DNA of 64,000 nt from Alistipes sp. (GCA_045614985.1 JAZLDX010000025.1:39177-103176), one strand, 5' to 3'; positions 1 through 9,621 are shown, numbered from the stretch's first letter. The notes: generated by a model not told the origin, from the letters alone. Program-made: numbers and translations.

Positions 1-44
1 AAAATAAGGTTGTATCAATCAGGCTACCCTTTGTAGCCACACAT

Positions 45-86
45 AAAAAAACAAATGGAGAGAGACGATCTCTCCATTTGTTTTTT
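45..86. terminator. Bidirectional intrinsic terminator-like hairpin
   Basis: AAAAAACAAATGGAGAGA-GACGA-TCTCTCCATTTGTTTTTT, a perfect stem with A/T tracts on both sides. Confidence 0.75.
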
Positions 87-226
87 ACCCCATCGCCTCC
101 CCCTAAGGAAAGGAGAAACAGGCTCACCGACCCCCTCTAAGCCCTTCTCCAGAGGGTTTTCTTTTTTTGTTAATCACTTGTCAATAAATAGCCATTCGAG
201 TAATTTGTTTGTTCTAAAAAAGGGTC

Positions 227-234
227 TACTTTTG
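227..234 (+). promoter_or_regulatory. Bacteroidota housekeeping promoter -7 element for nrdJ
   Basis: TACTTTTG matches TAnnTTTG; TTTG at 204-207 lies 19 nt upstream (-33 element). Confidence 0.65.
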
Positions 235-311
235 TGAAAATTTCGCGCCATAAATTAGCGAATACAGCACAATACGTTGACAATTAGAAAATTATAATAA
301 AGGTAAAAATT

Positions 312-2849
312 ATGGCTGAAAAGAACGCAACCCCGCAGGAGGTGAATTTCACCGAGGCGGTTGAAGCTTCGAAGGAGTACTTTGCCGGAGATGCGCTGGC
401 CGCGCAGGTCTGGGTGACGAAGTACGCTTTGAAGGATTCGTTCGGACACATCTACGAGAAGTCGCCCGTGGAGATGCACGAGCGCATTGCCTCGGAGATC
501 GAACGCATCGAGAACAAGTATCCCAACCCGATGTCACACGACGAGATCTTCTCGCTCTTGGACCACTTCCGTTATGTGATCCCGCAGGGCGGTCCCATGA
601 CCGGTATCGGCAACCACTTCCAGGTAGCCTCGCTCTCGAACTGCTTTGTAATCGGCCATAAGAATCCAGCCGACTCCTACGGAGGTATCTTCCGCATGGA
701 CGAGGAGCAGGTACAGCTCATGAAGCGTCGCGGTGGCGTGGGTCATGACCTCTCACACATCCGCCCCACGGGCAGCCCCGTATTGAATTCGGCCCTTACC
801 TCGACGGGTATTGTTCCCTTTATGGAGCGTTACTCGAACTCCACGCGCGAGGTGGCACAGGATGGTCGTCGCGGAGCCTTGATGCTCTCGCTCTCGATGA
901 AGCATCCCGATGCCGAGCGTTTTATTGACGCCAAGATGGATACAGGCAAGGTGACCGGAGCCAACGTCTCGATCAAGATCGACGACGAGTTCATGCGCGC
1001 TGCCCTCTCGGGCAAGCCCTACAAGCAGCAGTTCCCGATCCAAAGCGCCCAGCCCACCTACACGCAGGAGATTGATGCCAAGAATCTTTGGGACAAGATT
1101 ATCCACAACGCCTGGAAGTCGGCCGAGCCCGGAGTTTTGTTCTGGGATACGATCATCCGCGAGAGCGTGCCCGACTGCTACGCCGATCAGGGTTTCACGA
1201 CCGTTTCGACCAACCCCTGCGGCGAGATTCCCTTGTGCCCCTACGACTCGTGCCGTCTGCTCGCCATCAACCTCTTCAGCTATGTGGAGAAGCCCTTCAC
1301 GAAGGAGGCCTCCTTCAACTTCCCGCTCTTCAAGGAGCATGTCTACAAGGCGATGCACATCATGGACGATATTATCGACCTGGAGTTGGAGAAGGTGGAT
1401 CTGATCATGTCGAAGATCGCCGGCGACCCCGAGGATAACGACATCCGCTCGGTGGAGCTCAACCTTTGGAAAAAGATCAAGGAGATGGCCCTCAAGGGTC
1501 GCCGCACGGGTCTCGGCATCACGGCCGAGGGCGATATGCTGGCCGCATTGGGACTCCGCTACGGTACGGATCAGGCCATCGAGTTTGCCGTTAAGGTGCA
1601 GAAGACCCTCGCCGTAGAGGCCTACCGCTCGTCGGTGAAGATGGCCTCGGAGCGTGGTGCCTTCCCCCTTTACAATGCCGACAAGGAGAAGAACAATCCA
1701 ATGATCAATCGTCTGCGCGAGGCCGATCCGAAGCTCTACGAGGAGATGATCAAGGTGGGTCGCCGCAACATCGCCATGCTGACGATCGCCCCCACGGGTA
1801 CCACCTCGCTGATGTCGCAGACCACCTCGGGTATCGAGCCCGTTTTCCGTACGGTCTACAAGCGCCGTCGTAAGATCAACCCCTCGGACAAGGATGCCCG
1901 CATCGACTATGTGGACGAGACGGGCGAAAAGTTCCAGGAGTACAATGTCTTCCACCACAACTTCGTAAAGTGGCTGGAGGTGAACGGTTACGACACCTCG
2001 AACCTGGAGTCGATCTCGGACGAGGAGCTGGGCAAGTTGCTCGAAGCCTCGCCCTACCACAAGGCCACGGCCAACGACATCGACTGGGTCGCCAAGGTGA
2101 AGATGCAGGGTGCCATTCAGAAGTGGGTGGACCACTCGATCTCGGTGACGGTAAACCTGCCGAACGATGTAACGGAGGCCTTGGTAGCCGATGTCTATCG
2201 CACGGCCTGGGAGTGCGGATGTAAGGGCGTTACAGTCTACCGCGACGGCTGCCGCTCGGGTGTGCTGATCGAGAAAAAGAAGGAGGAACCCAAAGCCAAC
2301 GAGGTGCCCAGCAACAAGCGCCCCAAGTCGATTGCCGCCGACATTCTGCGCTTCAAGAACGGCAAGGAGGATTGGATCGCCTTTGTGGGTCTGCAGGAGG
2401 GTCGCCCCTACGAGATCTTCACGGGTAAGTTGGAGGAGGACGCCATGTACATCCCGCCCAAAATCACCTCGGGTCAGATCATCCGTGTACGCGAGGAGGA
2501 TGGATCAAAGCGTTATGACTTCCAATACAAAGACCGCTACGGCTACACGAATACGATCGGTGGCATCTCGCGCCTCTTCGACGAGGAGTTTTGGAACTAC
2601 GCCAAGCTGATCTCGGGTGTATTGCGCCAAGGCATGCCGATCGAGAATGTGGTTTCGCTCATCGAATCGCTCCACCTGGACAGCGCCTCGATCAACACCT
2701 GGAAAACGGGTGTGGAGCGTGCTCTGAAGCGTTACATCACCGACGGCACGAAGCACAAGGGCAAGTGCCCGCAGTGCGGCCAGGAGCAGATGGCCTACCA
2801 AAACGGTTGCCTGACCTGCATGTCGTGCGGCTATTCGAAGTGCGGTTGA
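312..2849 (+). CDS. nrdJ: Class II (adenosylcobalamin-dependent) ribonucleoside-diphosphate reductase
   Basis: 845 aa; SLSNCFV, STNPCGEIPL thiyl-radical loop, TIAPTGT, DHSISVTVN, YRDGCR, C-terminal CPQC...CMSCGYSKC zinc ribbon; no beta subunit nearby. Confidence 0.93.
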   Translation: MAEKNATPQEVNFTEAVEASKEYFAGDALAAQVWVTKYALKDSFGHIYEKSPVEMHERIASEIERIENKYPNPMSHDEIFSLLDHFRYVIPQGGPMTGIGNHFQVASLSNCFVIGHKNPADSYGGIFRMDEEQVQLMKRRGGVGHDLSHIRPTGSPVLNSALTSTGIVPFMERYSNSTREVAQDGRRGALMLSLSMKHPDAERFIDAKMDTGKVTGANVSIKIDDEFMRAALSGKPYKQQFPIQSAQPTYTQEIDAKNLWDKIIHNAWKSAEPGVLFWDTIIRESVPDCYADQGFTTVSTNPCGEIPLCPYDSCRLLAINLFSYVEKPFTKEASFNFPLFKEHVYKAMHIMDDIIDLELEKVDLIMSKIAGDPEDNDIRSVELNLWKKIKEMALKGRRTGLGITAEGDMLAALGLRYGTDQAIEFAVKVQKTLAVEAYRSSVKMASERGAFPLYNADKEKNNPMINRLREADPKLYEEMIKVGRRNIAMLTIAPTGTTSLMSQTTSGIEPVFRTVYKRRRKINPSDKDARIDYVDETGEKFQEYNVFHHNFVKWLEVNGYDTSNLESISDEELGKLLEASPYHKATANDIDWVAKVKMQGAIQKWVDHSISVTVNLPNDVTEALVADVYRTAWECGCKGVTVYRDGCRSGVLIEKKKEEPKANEVPSNKRPKSIAADILRFKNGKEDWIAFVGLQEGRPYEIFTGKLEEDAMYIPPKITSGQIIRVREEDGSKRYDFQYKDRYGYTNTIGGISRLFDEEFWNYAKLISGVLRQGMPIENVVSLIESLHLDSASINTWKTGVERALKRYITDGTKHKGKCPQCGQEQMAYQNGCLTCMSCGYSKCG

Positions 2850-2875
2850 TTTTTCGCATTAAACCGAAAGATCCA

Positions 2876-2917
2876 CAGCGCATTTGGGGAAATAAACCTC
2901 GAATGCGCTGTTTTTTT
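2876..2917 (+). terminator. Intrinsic terminator after nrdJ
   Basis: CAGCGCATTTGGGG-loop-CCTCGAATGCGCTG followed by T7. Confidence 0.8.
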
Positions 2918-3057
2918 ATACTTTTGGAGTAAAAGAGAGAAATATTTGGGTGAATTTTAACGCAGAAAAGAAAAATTTACTACCTTTGTACGGATAAGTT
3001 GCCTAAAATTTAGGTTAAAAAAACAGAAAATAAAATAAACAATTAAAATTAAACAAC

Positions 3058-4209
3058 ATGAAAAAACTTTTTCTTTTGGTGCTGTGTGCTGCTTTCGCAG
3101 TAAACACCTACGCACAGGAGGGTGAGGCTCCGGCCAAAAAACCGAGCAACAAAGGCTTTGTAACCAACGGATTCTGGGACAACTGGGAGATCTCGCTGGG
3201 TGTGGGAGCCGACTACGAGGGCATCGCCCTGGGTCACGACTACGGCAAGGCTGCCAAGACCATCGGTCTTGAGGTCAATGGCGCCCTTACGAAGTGGTTC
3301 CACCCCATCTGGGGTGTTCGCGGTCAGTTGCAGGGCGGCTTCACCATGGGTTACAAGAGCCCCACGGCTAAGGCCCGCACGGTGACCAACTTCCTCTTCG
3401 CCCACGCTGACGCTATGATGAACTTCTCGAACTGGGTAGGTGGCTACCGTGAGGATCGCGTATACTACGCCGTTCCTTTCCTTGGCTTCGGTTTGCTGGC
3501 TCAGGACGTATTCAACGGCAAGGTGTCCAACAACTACGAGTTTGCCGCCACGATCGGTCTGTTGAACAAGTTCCGCGTATGCAAGTGCGTAGACATCAAC
3601 CTCGAGCTGAAGGGTTGGGTTTATCCCGAGAACGACCACAGACTCGCTCGCGGTGGTCGTCTGATCACCTCGTTCAGCGCCACGGTAGGTGCTTCGTACC
3701 GCTTCGGTAAGCGCGACTGGGATCGCAAGGTGGCCGCTACCACCTCGGGTGCCGACGCTGCTGCTTATGCCGCTCTGCTCGCTGAGAAGGATGCCGCCCT
3801 GGCCGCTGCTGCCACCGAGGCTGAGGCTCTGCGCGAGGCTGCCAACAAGAAGCCCGTAGAGGTGGTTGTTGAGAAGCAGGTAGATGTTTATGTAGGTGGC
3901 AAGACCGTGGTATTCTTCTCGCTGGGTAGCACCAAGCTCACCGACCACGAAAAGATCACGCTCGACCTGAAGGCCGACCAGATCAAGAATGGTCCCGCCA
4001 AGAAGGTATACATGATCGAGGGTCACGCCGACTCGAAGACCGGTACCGCCGCTACCAATATGCGCGTATCGGAGGCTCGTGCCAAGGCCGTTTACGACTA
4101 CCTCATTGAGAAGGGTGTAAAGGCTGAGCAGCTTCAGTACAAGGGTGTTGGTGACAAGGCTGAGCCCTTCACGACGGCTGAGACGAACCGTGTAGCCATC
4201 ATCGACTAA
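3058..4209 (+). CDS. OmpA-family outer membrane protein
   Basis: Signal peptide, aromatic beta-barrel N-terminus, Ala-rich linker, C-terminal OmpA domain (FSLGS...GHADSKTG...N..VSEARAKAV...NRVA); TACCTTTG promoter at 2981-2988. Confidence 0.9.
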   Translation: MKKLFLLVLCAAFAVNTYAQEGEAPAKKPSNKGFVTNGFWDNWEISLGVGADYEGIALGHDYGKAAKTIGLEVNGALTKWFHPIWGVRGQLQGGFTMGYKSPTAKARTVTNFLFAHADAMMNFSNWVGGYREDRVYYAVPFLGFGLLAQDVFNGKVSNNYEFAATIGLLNKFRVCKCVDINLELKGWVYPENDHRLARGGRLITSFSATVGASYRFGKRDWDRKVAATTSGADAAAYAALLAEKDAALAAAATEAEALREAANKKPVEVVVEKQVDVYVGGKTVVFFSLGSTKLTDHEKITLDLKADQIKNGPAKKVYMIEGHADSKTGTAATNMRVSEARAKAVYDYLIEKGVKAEQLQYKGVGDKAEPFTTAETNRVAIID

Positions 4210-4334
4210 TTTTAGCGTGATAAGCGGCTGTCTGTTGCTGCTAAGAATAAACCCGACAATGGGACGTACCAAGTACTGCCCATCGTCGGGTTTCTTCGTC
4301 GAGCGTTGCAGCCAACCGCTTCTGACGCTAAAAT
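4209..4334 (-). repeat. Palindromic intergenic repeat unit, GTAC-loop-GTAC family (copy A, 126 bp)
   Basis: Nested stems ATTTTAGCGT/ACGCTAAAAT, AAGCGG/CCGCTT, AAACCCGAC-AATGGG/CCCATC-GTCGGGTTT around AC-GTAC-CAA-GTAC-TG. Confidence 0.8.
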
Positions 4335-4350
4335 CCCCCTCCAAAGGAAT

Positions 4351-4374
4351 TTTCATGTCGGCACGGAATTTCCT
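4351..4374 (-). repeat. Isolated arm fragment of the same repeat family
   Basis: TTTCATGTCGGCACGGAATTTCCT is the exact reverse complement of AGGAAATTCCGTGCCGACATGAAA at 59397-59420. Confidence 0.85.
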
Positions 4375-4402
4375 TAACACCCTCTCACCCCTATTACCCC
4401 AA

Positions 4403-4430
4403 ATTGTGAATTGTGCATCGTGAATTGAAA
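4403..4430. repeat. Tandem heptamer repeats (ATTNNGA type)
   Basis: ATTGTGA ATTGTGC ATCGTGA ATTGAAA. Confidence 0.6.
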
Positions 4431-4481
4431 TAATTTCTTATTCCTCTCTGCGAATTCCCAATTATTTCGTACCTTTGTCGT

Positions 4482-5570
4482 ATGCGGTTAGAGAAACTAT
4501 CCCTCATCAACTTCAAGAACATCGCCCAATTGGAACTTCGGTTGGGTGAGGGCATCAATGGCTTTGTCGGAGATAATGGTGCCGGGAAGACCAATATCAT
4601 CGATGCGGTCTACTACCTCTCGATGTGTAAATCGGCCCTCCCCACGACCGACGGGCAGAATATTCGCCACGAGAGCGACTTCTTTTTGGTCGAGGGAAGC
4701 TATCGTACCGATGAAGGGAAGACAGAGCAGGTAGTGTGTAGTTTTTCGCGCAAGGGGGGTAAGGTACTTAAACGCAACGGAAAGGAGTATGAGCGGCTGT
4801 CGGATCATGTGGGGTTGATCCCCGTAGTGATTGTCTCGCCGGCCGACACAACCCTGATCAGCGATGCGGCCGATGAACGCCGCCGCTACCTGAACGGTTT
4901 CATCTCGCAATTGGATCGAGGCTACCTGATGGCAGTCATGCGCTACAACGCCGTGTTGGGCGAACGAAACAAACTGCTGAAGGTCTCCTCGGACGAGGAT
5001 ATGTTGCAGATCTACGACCTGCAGCTCGCCGAGCAGGCGGCCCTGATCCACCGCCTACGCCGAGAATACATCGAACGCCTCACCCCCCTGGTGCAGGAGT
5101 TCTACCGCGCCCTGTCGGAGGATCGCGAACAAGTATCGCTTGAGTATCGTTCGGAGTTGAATGAGGCTCCGCTGATGGAGATCCTGCAACGCAACCGCCA
5201 ACGCGACCTTGTGAATCAATTCACCACCTCGGGCATTCACCGCGACGACCTGATCCTTAAGATCGGGGGCTATCCGCTGCGGAAATACGGCTCACAAGGG
5301 CAGCAAAAATCCTTCCTGATCGCCCTAAAGTTGGCTCAATATCAGATCATTGCCTCGGAGTGCAACGAGCGACCCATCCTGTTGTTGGATGACCTGTTCG
5401 ACAAGTTGGATGCAGGGCGCGTAACACAACTTCTACGCCTGGTGGGAGCCGAACAATTCGGCCAGATCTTGATCACGGATTGCAACCCTACGCGCCTGCA
5501 GACGACCCTCGATCGTGCCGACACCCCCTATCAACTCTTTACGGTTACGGGAGGAACCGCCACCCAATGA
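4482..5570 (+). CDS. recF: DNA replication/repair protein RecF
   Basis: NFKNI, Walker A GDNGAGKT, GIHRDDL, GSQGQQKS, LLLDDLFDKLD. Confidence 0.95.
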   Translation: MRLEKLSLINFKNIAQLELRLGEGINGFVGDNGAGKTNIIDAVYYLSMCKSALPTTDGQNIRHESDFFLVEGSYRTDEGKTEQVVCSFSRKGGKVLKRNGKEYERLSDHVGLIPVVIVSPADTTLISDAADERRRYLNGFISQLDRGYLMAVMRYNAVLGERNKLLKVSSDEDMLQIYDLQLAEQAALIHRLRREYIERLTPLVQEFYRALSEDREQVSLEYRSELNEAPLMEILQRNRQRDLVNQFTTSGIHRDDLILKIGGYPLRKYGSQGQQKSFLIALKLAQYQIIASECNERPILLLDDLFDKLDAGRVTQLLRLVGAEQFGQILITDCNPTRLQTTLDRADTPYQLFTVTGGTATQ

Positions 5571-5857
5571 GACGCACCAAAACCCTTTTGATGGGCGAAC
5601 TTCTCGAGGAGTTCTTCCAACGCCCCTATGTGGCCGCCAAGGTGGCCGAGGGTCGCCTGCCCGAGACCTGGCGGGCGATCGTGGGCGAACACGCTGCGAA
5701 CGATACAGCCGAATTGAAATTGGAAAATCATGTACTCTATGTACGGATGCGCTCCTCGATTCTGCGCTCCGAACTCTTCTATCAGCGCGAGGCACTGCGC
5801 CTTGAAATCAACGAAAAATCAGGGGTAAAGTTGGTTAATGCGGTGATTATTCGCTAA
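5567..5857 (+). CDS. dciA: DUF721/DciA-family protein
   Basis: ATGA overlap with the recF stop; 96 aa with W..IVG...A..T...LYV...SSILRSEL pattern; typical recF neighbour. Confidence 0.75.
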   Translation: MRRTKTLLMGELLEEFFQRPYVAAKVAEGRLPETWRAIVGEHAANDTAELKLENHVLYVRMRSSILRSELFYQREALRLEINEKSGVKLVNAVIIR

Positions 5858-6058
5858 ATCACACCCATTTTCCATGTTTTTTGGTTGCTTTTCTCTTTTT
5901 TTCGGAAAAAAGCACTAACTTTGCGTGTTATTGCGCCCTTACCCTAAAAAGCCCGAGGGGCAAAGGGGTGGCAAAATACGAGAGACCTTGCAGCCAAGGA
6001 CTAAAACGAAAAGAAAAACAAAGAATTGAAATAATTGAAAAACTAAAAAATAAGAGTT

Positions 6059-6748
6059 ATGGCAAAAGAGAAGATTTTGAAGCCCGAAGAGGAGACCTTA
6101 GGTGTCGCCATGGGCAAGACCGAGCGTTTCCTGGAGGAGCACTCGAAGACGGCAAGCTACTGCATTATCGCCCTGCTGGTGTTAGGTGCCGCTATTTTTG
6201 GTTATAAGAAGCTCATCTCGGAGCCCCGCATCGAGAAGGCTGCCGAGCTGATCGCCGAGGCTCAGAACCGCTTTGCGGAGGAGACCCCCGACTTCCAGCT
6301 CGCCCTGGAGGGTGATGCCAACGGTGCCGGCTTCCTCGAGGTGATCGAGCAGTATGGTTCGACCCCTTCGGGCAACCTGGCCAAGCACTGCGCCGGTATC
6401 TGCTACTACAAGCTGGACGACATGGAGAACGCCACCGCCTACCTGAAGAAGTATAAGGCCGTAAAGGGTCTGCCGGGCGCCATCGTCAATGCCCAGAATC
6501 TGGGTCTGCAGGGTGATATCGCACTGGAGCAGGGCGACTACGCCGCCGCCGTAGCCCTCTACGAGAAGGCCGTAGCTGCTGCCGAGAACAACTACACGAC
6601 GCCCCTCTACCTGCGCAAGGCCGGTATCGCCGAGCAGTTGCAGGGCAACAAGGAGGCTGCCGAGAAGTTCTTCCAGCGCATTCTGACCTCCTACCCCGCC
6701 TCAATGGAGGCTCGTGAGGCCGAGAAGTTGATGGGTGCCAACAACTAA
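6059..6748 (+). CDS. Membrane-anchored tetratricopeptide repeat protein (YfgM-like)
   Basis: Single TM segment followed by helical TPR-like repeats (GNLAKHCAGICYY, YLRKAGIA); TAACTTTG promoter at 5916-5923. Confidence 0.8.
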   Translation: MAKEKILKPEEETLGVAMGKTERFLEEHSKTASYCIIALLVLGAAIFGYKKLISEPRIEKAAELIAEAQNRFAEETPDFQLALEGDANGAGFLEVIEQYGSTPSGNLAKHCAGICYYKLDDMENATAYLKKYKAVKGLPGAIVNAQNLGLQGDIALEQGDYAAAVALYEKAVAAAENNYTTPLYLRKAGIAEQLQGNKEAAEKFFQRILTSYPASMEAREAEKLMGANN

Positions 6749-6766
6749 CCCCAGAGACTAAAAACC

Positions 6767-7270
6767 ATGGTGCGTATCTCCGGATCCTCGAAAAACCTCA
6801 CCCTGCCGGCGGCCGATGAGATGGCCTTTGGCGTTGTGGTGGCCGAGGCCCACGGAGAGATCACCGGAATCCTCCTCGAGGGGGCGATGCGCACCCTCAA
6901 AGAGGCCGGCTGCCTGGAACACAACATCCAAATCAAGAGCGTGCCGAACCTCATGAGCCTTCCGATGGCCACGCAGTTCTTCGCCGAATATACCGACGTA
7001 GATGCCGTGATCCTCCTCGGATGCCACCTCTCGACAGAGGGTAACAACCCGCTCATGGGCCCCATCGCCCAAAATGTACTCCAAATCCAGATGCAGTGGA
7101 ACATGCCCTGCGCCTGGGGTGTAGTCGAGGCCGTGGAGCGCGGGGCAGCCTTCGAGCAAAGCGACCGAGGAGTCCTCGCCGCCGCCGAGGCTATCCGCAT
7201 GGTGCGTATGCAGATCGACATGGAGGCCGCCTCCCCCAACGCCAACCCCGACCGCCGAAACCTGAATTAA
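6767..7270 (+). CDS. ribH: Divergent 6,7-dimethyl-8-ribityllumazine synthase (RibH) homologue with degenerate active-site motifs
   Basis: FGVVVAE..EITGILLEGA..TL...G, DAVILLGC, PCAWGV fold motifs; recF-TPR-ribH synteny; catalytic motifs altered. Confidence 0.65.
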   Translation: MVRISGSSKNLTLPAADEMAFGVVVAEAHGEITGILLEGAMRTLKEAGCLEHNIQIKSVPNLMSLPMATQFFAEYTDVDAVILLGCHLSTEGNNPLMGPIAQNVLQIQMQWNMPCAWGVVEAVERGAAFEQSDRGVLAAAEAIRMVRMQIDMEAASPNANPDRRNLN

Positions 7271-7351
7271 CCCTGGGGGGGGCAGAGTTGGATCCAGCGT
7301 TTAGAGGCAAGGATTGGAAGCACAAAATAATAATTAAGAACCAAAAACACA

Positions 7352-7387
7352 AATAAGCGGGTCACCCGAAAAGGTGACCCGCTTATT
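7352..7387. terminator. Hairpin between convergent genes
   Basis: AATAAGCGGGTCACC-CGAAAA-GGTGACCCGCTTATT, perfect 15-bp stem. Confidence 0.75.
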
Positions 7388-7405
7388 GATTGAATAGCGC
7401 GAAGA

Positions 7406-7810
7406 CTACCGTACGCGAGAAAGGTTTATATAATAGAGTTCACCATCATCCCAAACGCCGATGACTGCCATATTGCCGGAGATCGTAATCAACTCATAAA
7501 CCTCCGTCTCATAACCATAGGTGAAGACCAATCGACGAGTCAAATCGTCATAACTCCAACGGAAGGCATCAAACTCATCATTGCCAGACTCCAGGTCTAC
7601 CTCACGCCAAACACCCGTGCCATCGGCATTGAGCGTAATCATGACATAATAACCATAGTTGGCCTCAGTACGCCAAGTACCCACCAGACTTGCCGCGGTA
7701 CCCGAGAGTTGAGTACCCGCCTTCTGCTCATCATCGCCTCCACACGAGGTCATAGCTCCTGCCCCCAACATGAGGGCTGCAGCCATCAAAAAAGTCAAAA
7801 ATCGCTTCAT
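7406..7810 (-). CDS. Hypothetical lipoprotein (lipocalin-like beta-barrel possible)
   Basis: Lipobox MTSC; LVGTW motif and F.W.Y beta-strands. Confidence 0.7.
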   Translation of the reverse strand: MKRFLTFLMAAALMLGAGAMTSCGGDDEQKAGTQLSGTAASLVGTWRTEANYGYYVMITLNADGTGVWREVDLESGNDEFDAFRWSYDDLTRRLVFTYGYETEVYELITISGNMAVIGVWDDGELYYINLSRVR

Positions 7811-7998
7811 AAAGGTAAAAATTTATTGATTGGTAATTTTCATTTTGGCCATCAAGTGTCTTCACAAACCTGCACTTTACAAGTGCAAAGATACGAAAAA
7901 AAGAAAACCTTCGGCCTCCACCGTATAAAAATTGTGCGCAAAGCGTAAAATTCGGTAAATAAAGCGTATCTTTGTATAGACACGAAAAACTTACACGC

Positions 7999-9585
7999 AT
8001 GAAAAAGCTCCTTTCCCGCATCGCTCTTGGGGCGATGGCTCTTCTGATGCTCGCCGGCACCGTGCATGCCGAGGAGTTGCTCTTGGTTCCCCAACCCCTC
8101 TCTGCTGTACTCACCGGAGGTATTTTCAAGGTGACGGCCAAGACCCCGCTGATCGTGGAGTCGGGCGATGAAAATCCGGCCCGCATCTTTGCCGAGCAGA
8201 TGATGCCCCTCTTCGGGCAGAAAAAACCGATGACCATCACGACTCGGGGGGAGGGAATCCGCCTGAGCATCGACCCCACATTGGCCGCCGAGGGCTACCG
8301 GATGGTAACTACCAAAAAGGGGATTCGTATCTCGGGAGGCACTGAAGCGGGGATCTTCTACGGCCTGCAGAGCCTTCGACAGCTGATCCACACCTACGAG
8401 GGTCGCATCCCCTGTGGGGAGATCCTCGATGCCCCGAACTTTGCCTACCGCGGGGCCCACTTTGATGTCTGCCGCCACTTCTTCACGGTCGAGGAGGTAA
8501 AGCGCTACATCGACATCCTCGCGGCCCACAAACTCAACCGTCTCCATTGGCACCTAACCGACGACCAGGGGTGGCGCATCGAGATTAAGGCCTATCCCGA
8601 ACTCACAGAGAAGGGCTCCATGCGCAAGGAGACCCTGATCGGCCACTGCCACCGTCCCGAGGGATTCGACGGAATCCCCTATGGAGGCTACTACACACAA
8701 GAACAGATTCGAGAGGTGGTAGACTACGCCGCAAAACGCTATATCACAATTGTCCCAGAAATCGAAATGCCGGGTCATGCCCAAGCGGCCCTCCATGCCC
8801 TTCCGTGGCTTGGATGCCAAGAGCAAAAGGTCGATGTGTGGTCCATGTGGGGCGTAACTCCCGAAGTAATGTGCGGAGGCAAAGAGACGACCTATGAGTT
8901 TTTAGAAACGGTGTTGAGTGAGGTGATCGAGTTGTTCCCCTCGGAGTTGATCCACATCGGTGGCGACGAGTGCCCGAAGGAGCGCTGGAAGGTCTGCGAG
9001 CATTGCCAGGCCCGCATGGAGGCCCTCGGCTTGGAGAGCGAGAACCAACTGCAAGGTTACCTAATCGAGCGCATCGAAAAGTTCCTGAACGGTTATGGTC
9101 GCCGCCTGATCGGTTGGGACGAGATCCTGGAGTGTGGCGTTACCCCCACGGCCACGGTGATGTCGTGGCGCGGCACGGAGGGGGGCATCACCGCCGCCAA
9201 GCGTGGCAACCAGGTAGTGATGACCCCCATGGAGCCCTGCTACTTCGATTTCTACCAAACCAAGAGCCAGGAGGGCGAAGGATTGCAGATCGGAGGCCAC
9301 GTCTCTTTCGAGAAGGTCTATGCGTGGGATCCCTATAAGGGGTTGAACGAAGAGGAGAAAAAGTACATCCTCGGGGTGCAGTGCAACCTCTGGACAGAGT
9401 ATATCCTCGACTTTGAGACCGTGGAGAAGAAACTCCTGCCTCGCCTGGCCGCCCTTTCAGAGGTGCAATGGGCTACGGAGCGTCGCAACGAAGCGACCAT
9501 CCGTCCTCGCATGGAGCAACTGCGTAAATTCTACGAGGCCTACGACTGGAACTACGCACCCTACTACTTCGAGGGGCGCGAGTAA
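7999..9585 (+). CDS. Beta-N-acetylhexosaminidase, GH20
   Basis: D.P.F.YRG.H.DVCRHFF, HWHLTDDQGWR, PEIEMPGH, catalytic HIGGDE; signal peptide; start moved to ATG 7999 downstream of TATCTTTG (7967-7974). Confidence 0.93.
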   Translation: MKKLLSRIALGAMALLMLAGTVHAEELLLVPQPLSAVLTGGIFKVTAKTPLIVESGDENPARIFAEQMMPLFGQKKPMTITTRGEGIRLSIDPTLAAEGYRMVTTKKGIRISGGTEAGIFYGLQSLRQLIHTYEGRIPCGEILDAPNFAYRGAHFDVCRHFFTVEEVKRYIDILAAHKLNRLHWHLTDDQGWRIEIKAYPELTEKGSMRKETLIGHCHRPEGFDGIPYGGYYTQEQIREVVDYAAKRYITIVPEIEMPGHAQAALHALPWLGCQEQKVDVWSMWGVTPEVMCGGKETTYEFLETVLSEVIELFPSELIHIGGDECPKERWKVCEHCQARMEALGLESENQLQGYLIERIEKFLNGYGRRLIGWDEILECGVTPTATVMSWRGTEGGITAAKRGNQVVMTPMEPCYFDFYQTKSQEGEGLQIGGHVSFEKVYAWDPYKGLNEEEKKYILGVQCNLWTEYILDFETVEKKLLPRLAALSEVQWATERRNEATIRPRMEQLRKFYEAYDWNYAPYYFEGRE

Positions 9586-9621
9586 CCCCACCCAACCTCG
9601 ATCCGCATTTTCGATTTAGCC

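Noticed and set aside
87-311. Cobalamin riboswitch upstream of the B12-dependent nrdJ
   Set aside because: No B12-box or conserved core is visible, and the leader after the promoter is only ~70 nt.
5924-6766. FMN riboswitch for ribH
   Set aside because: The conserved RFN segments are absent.
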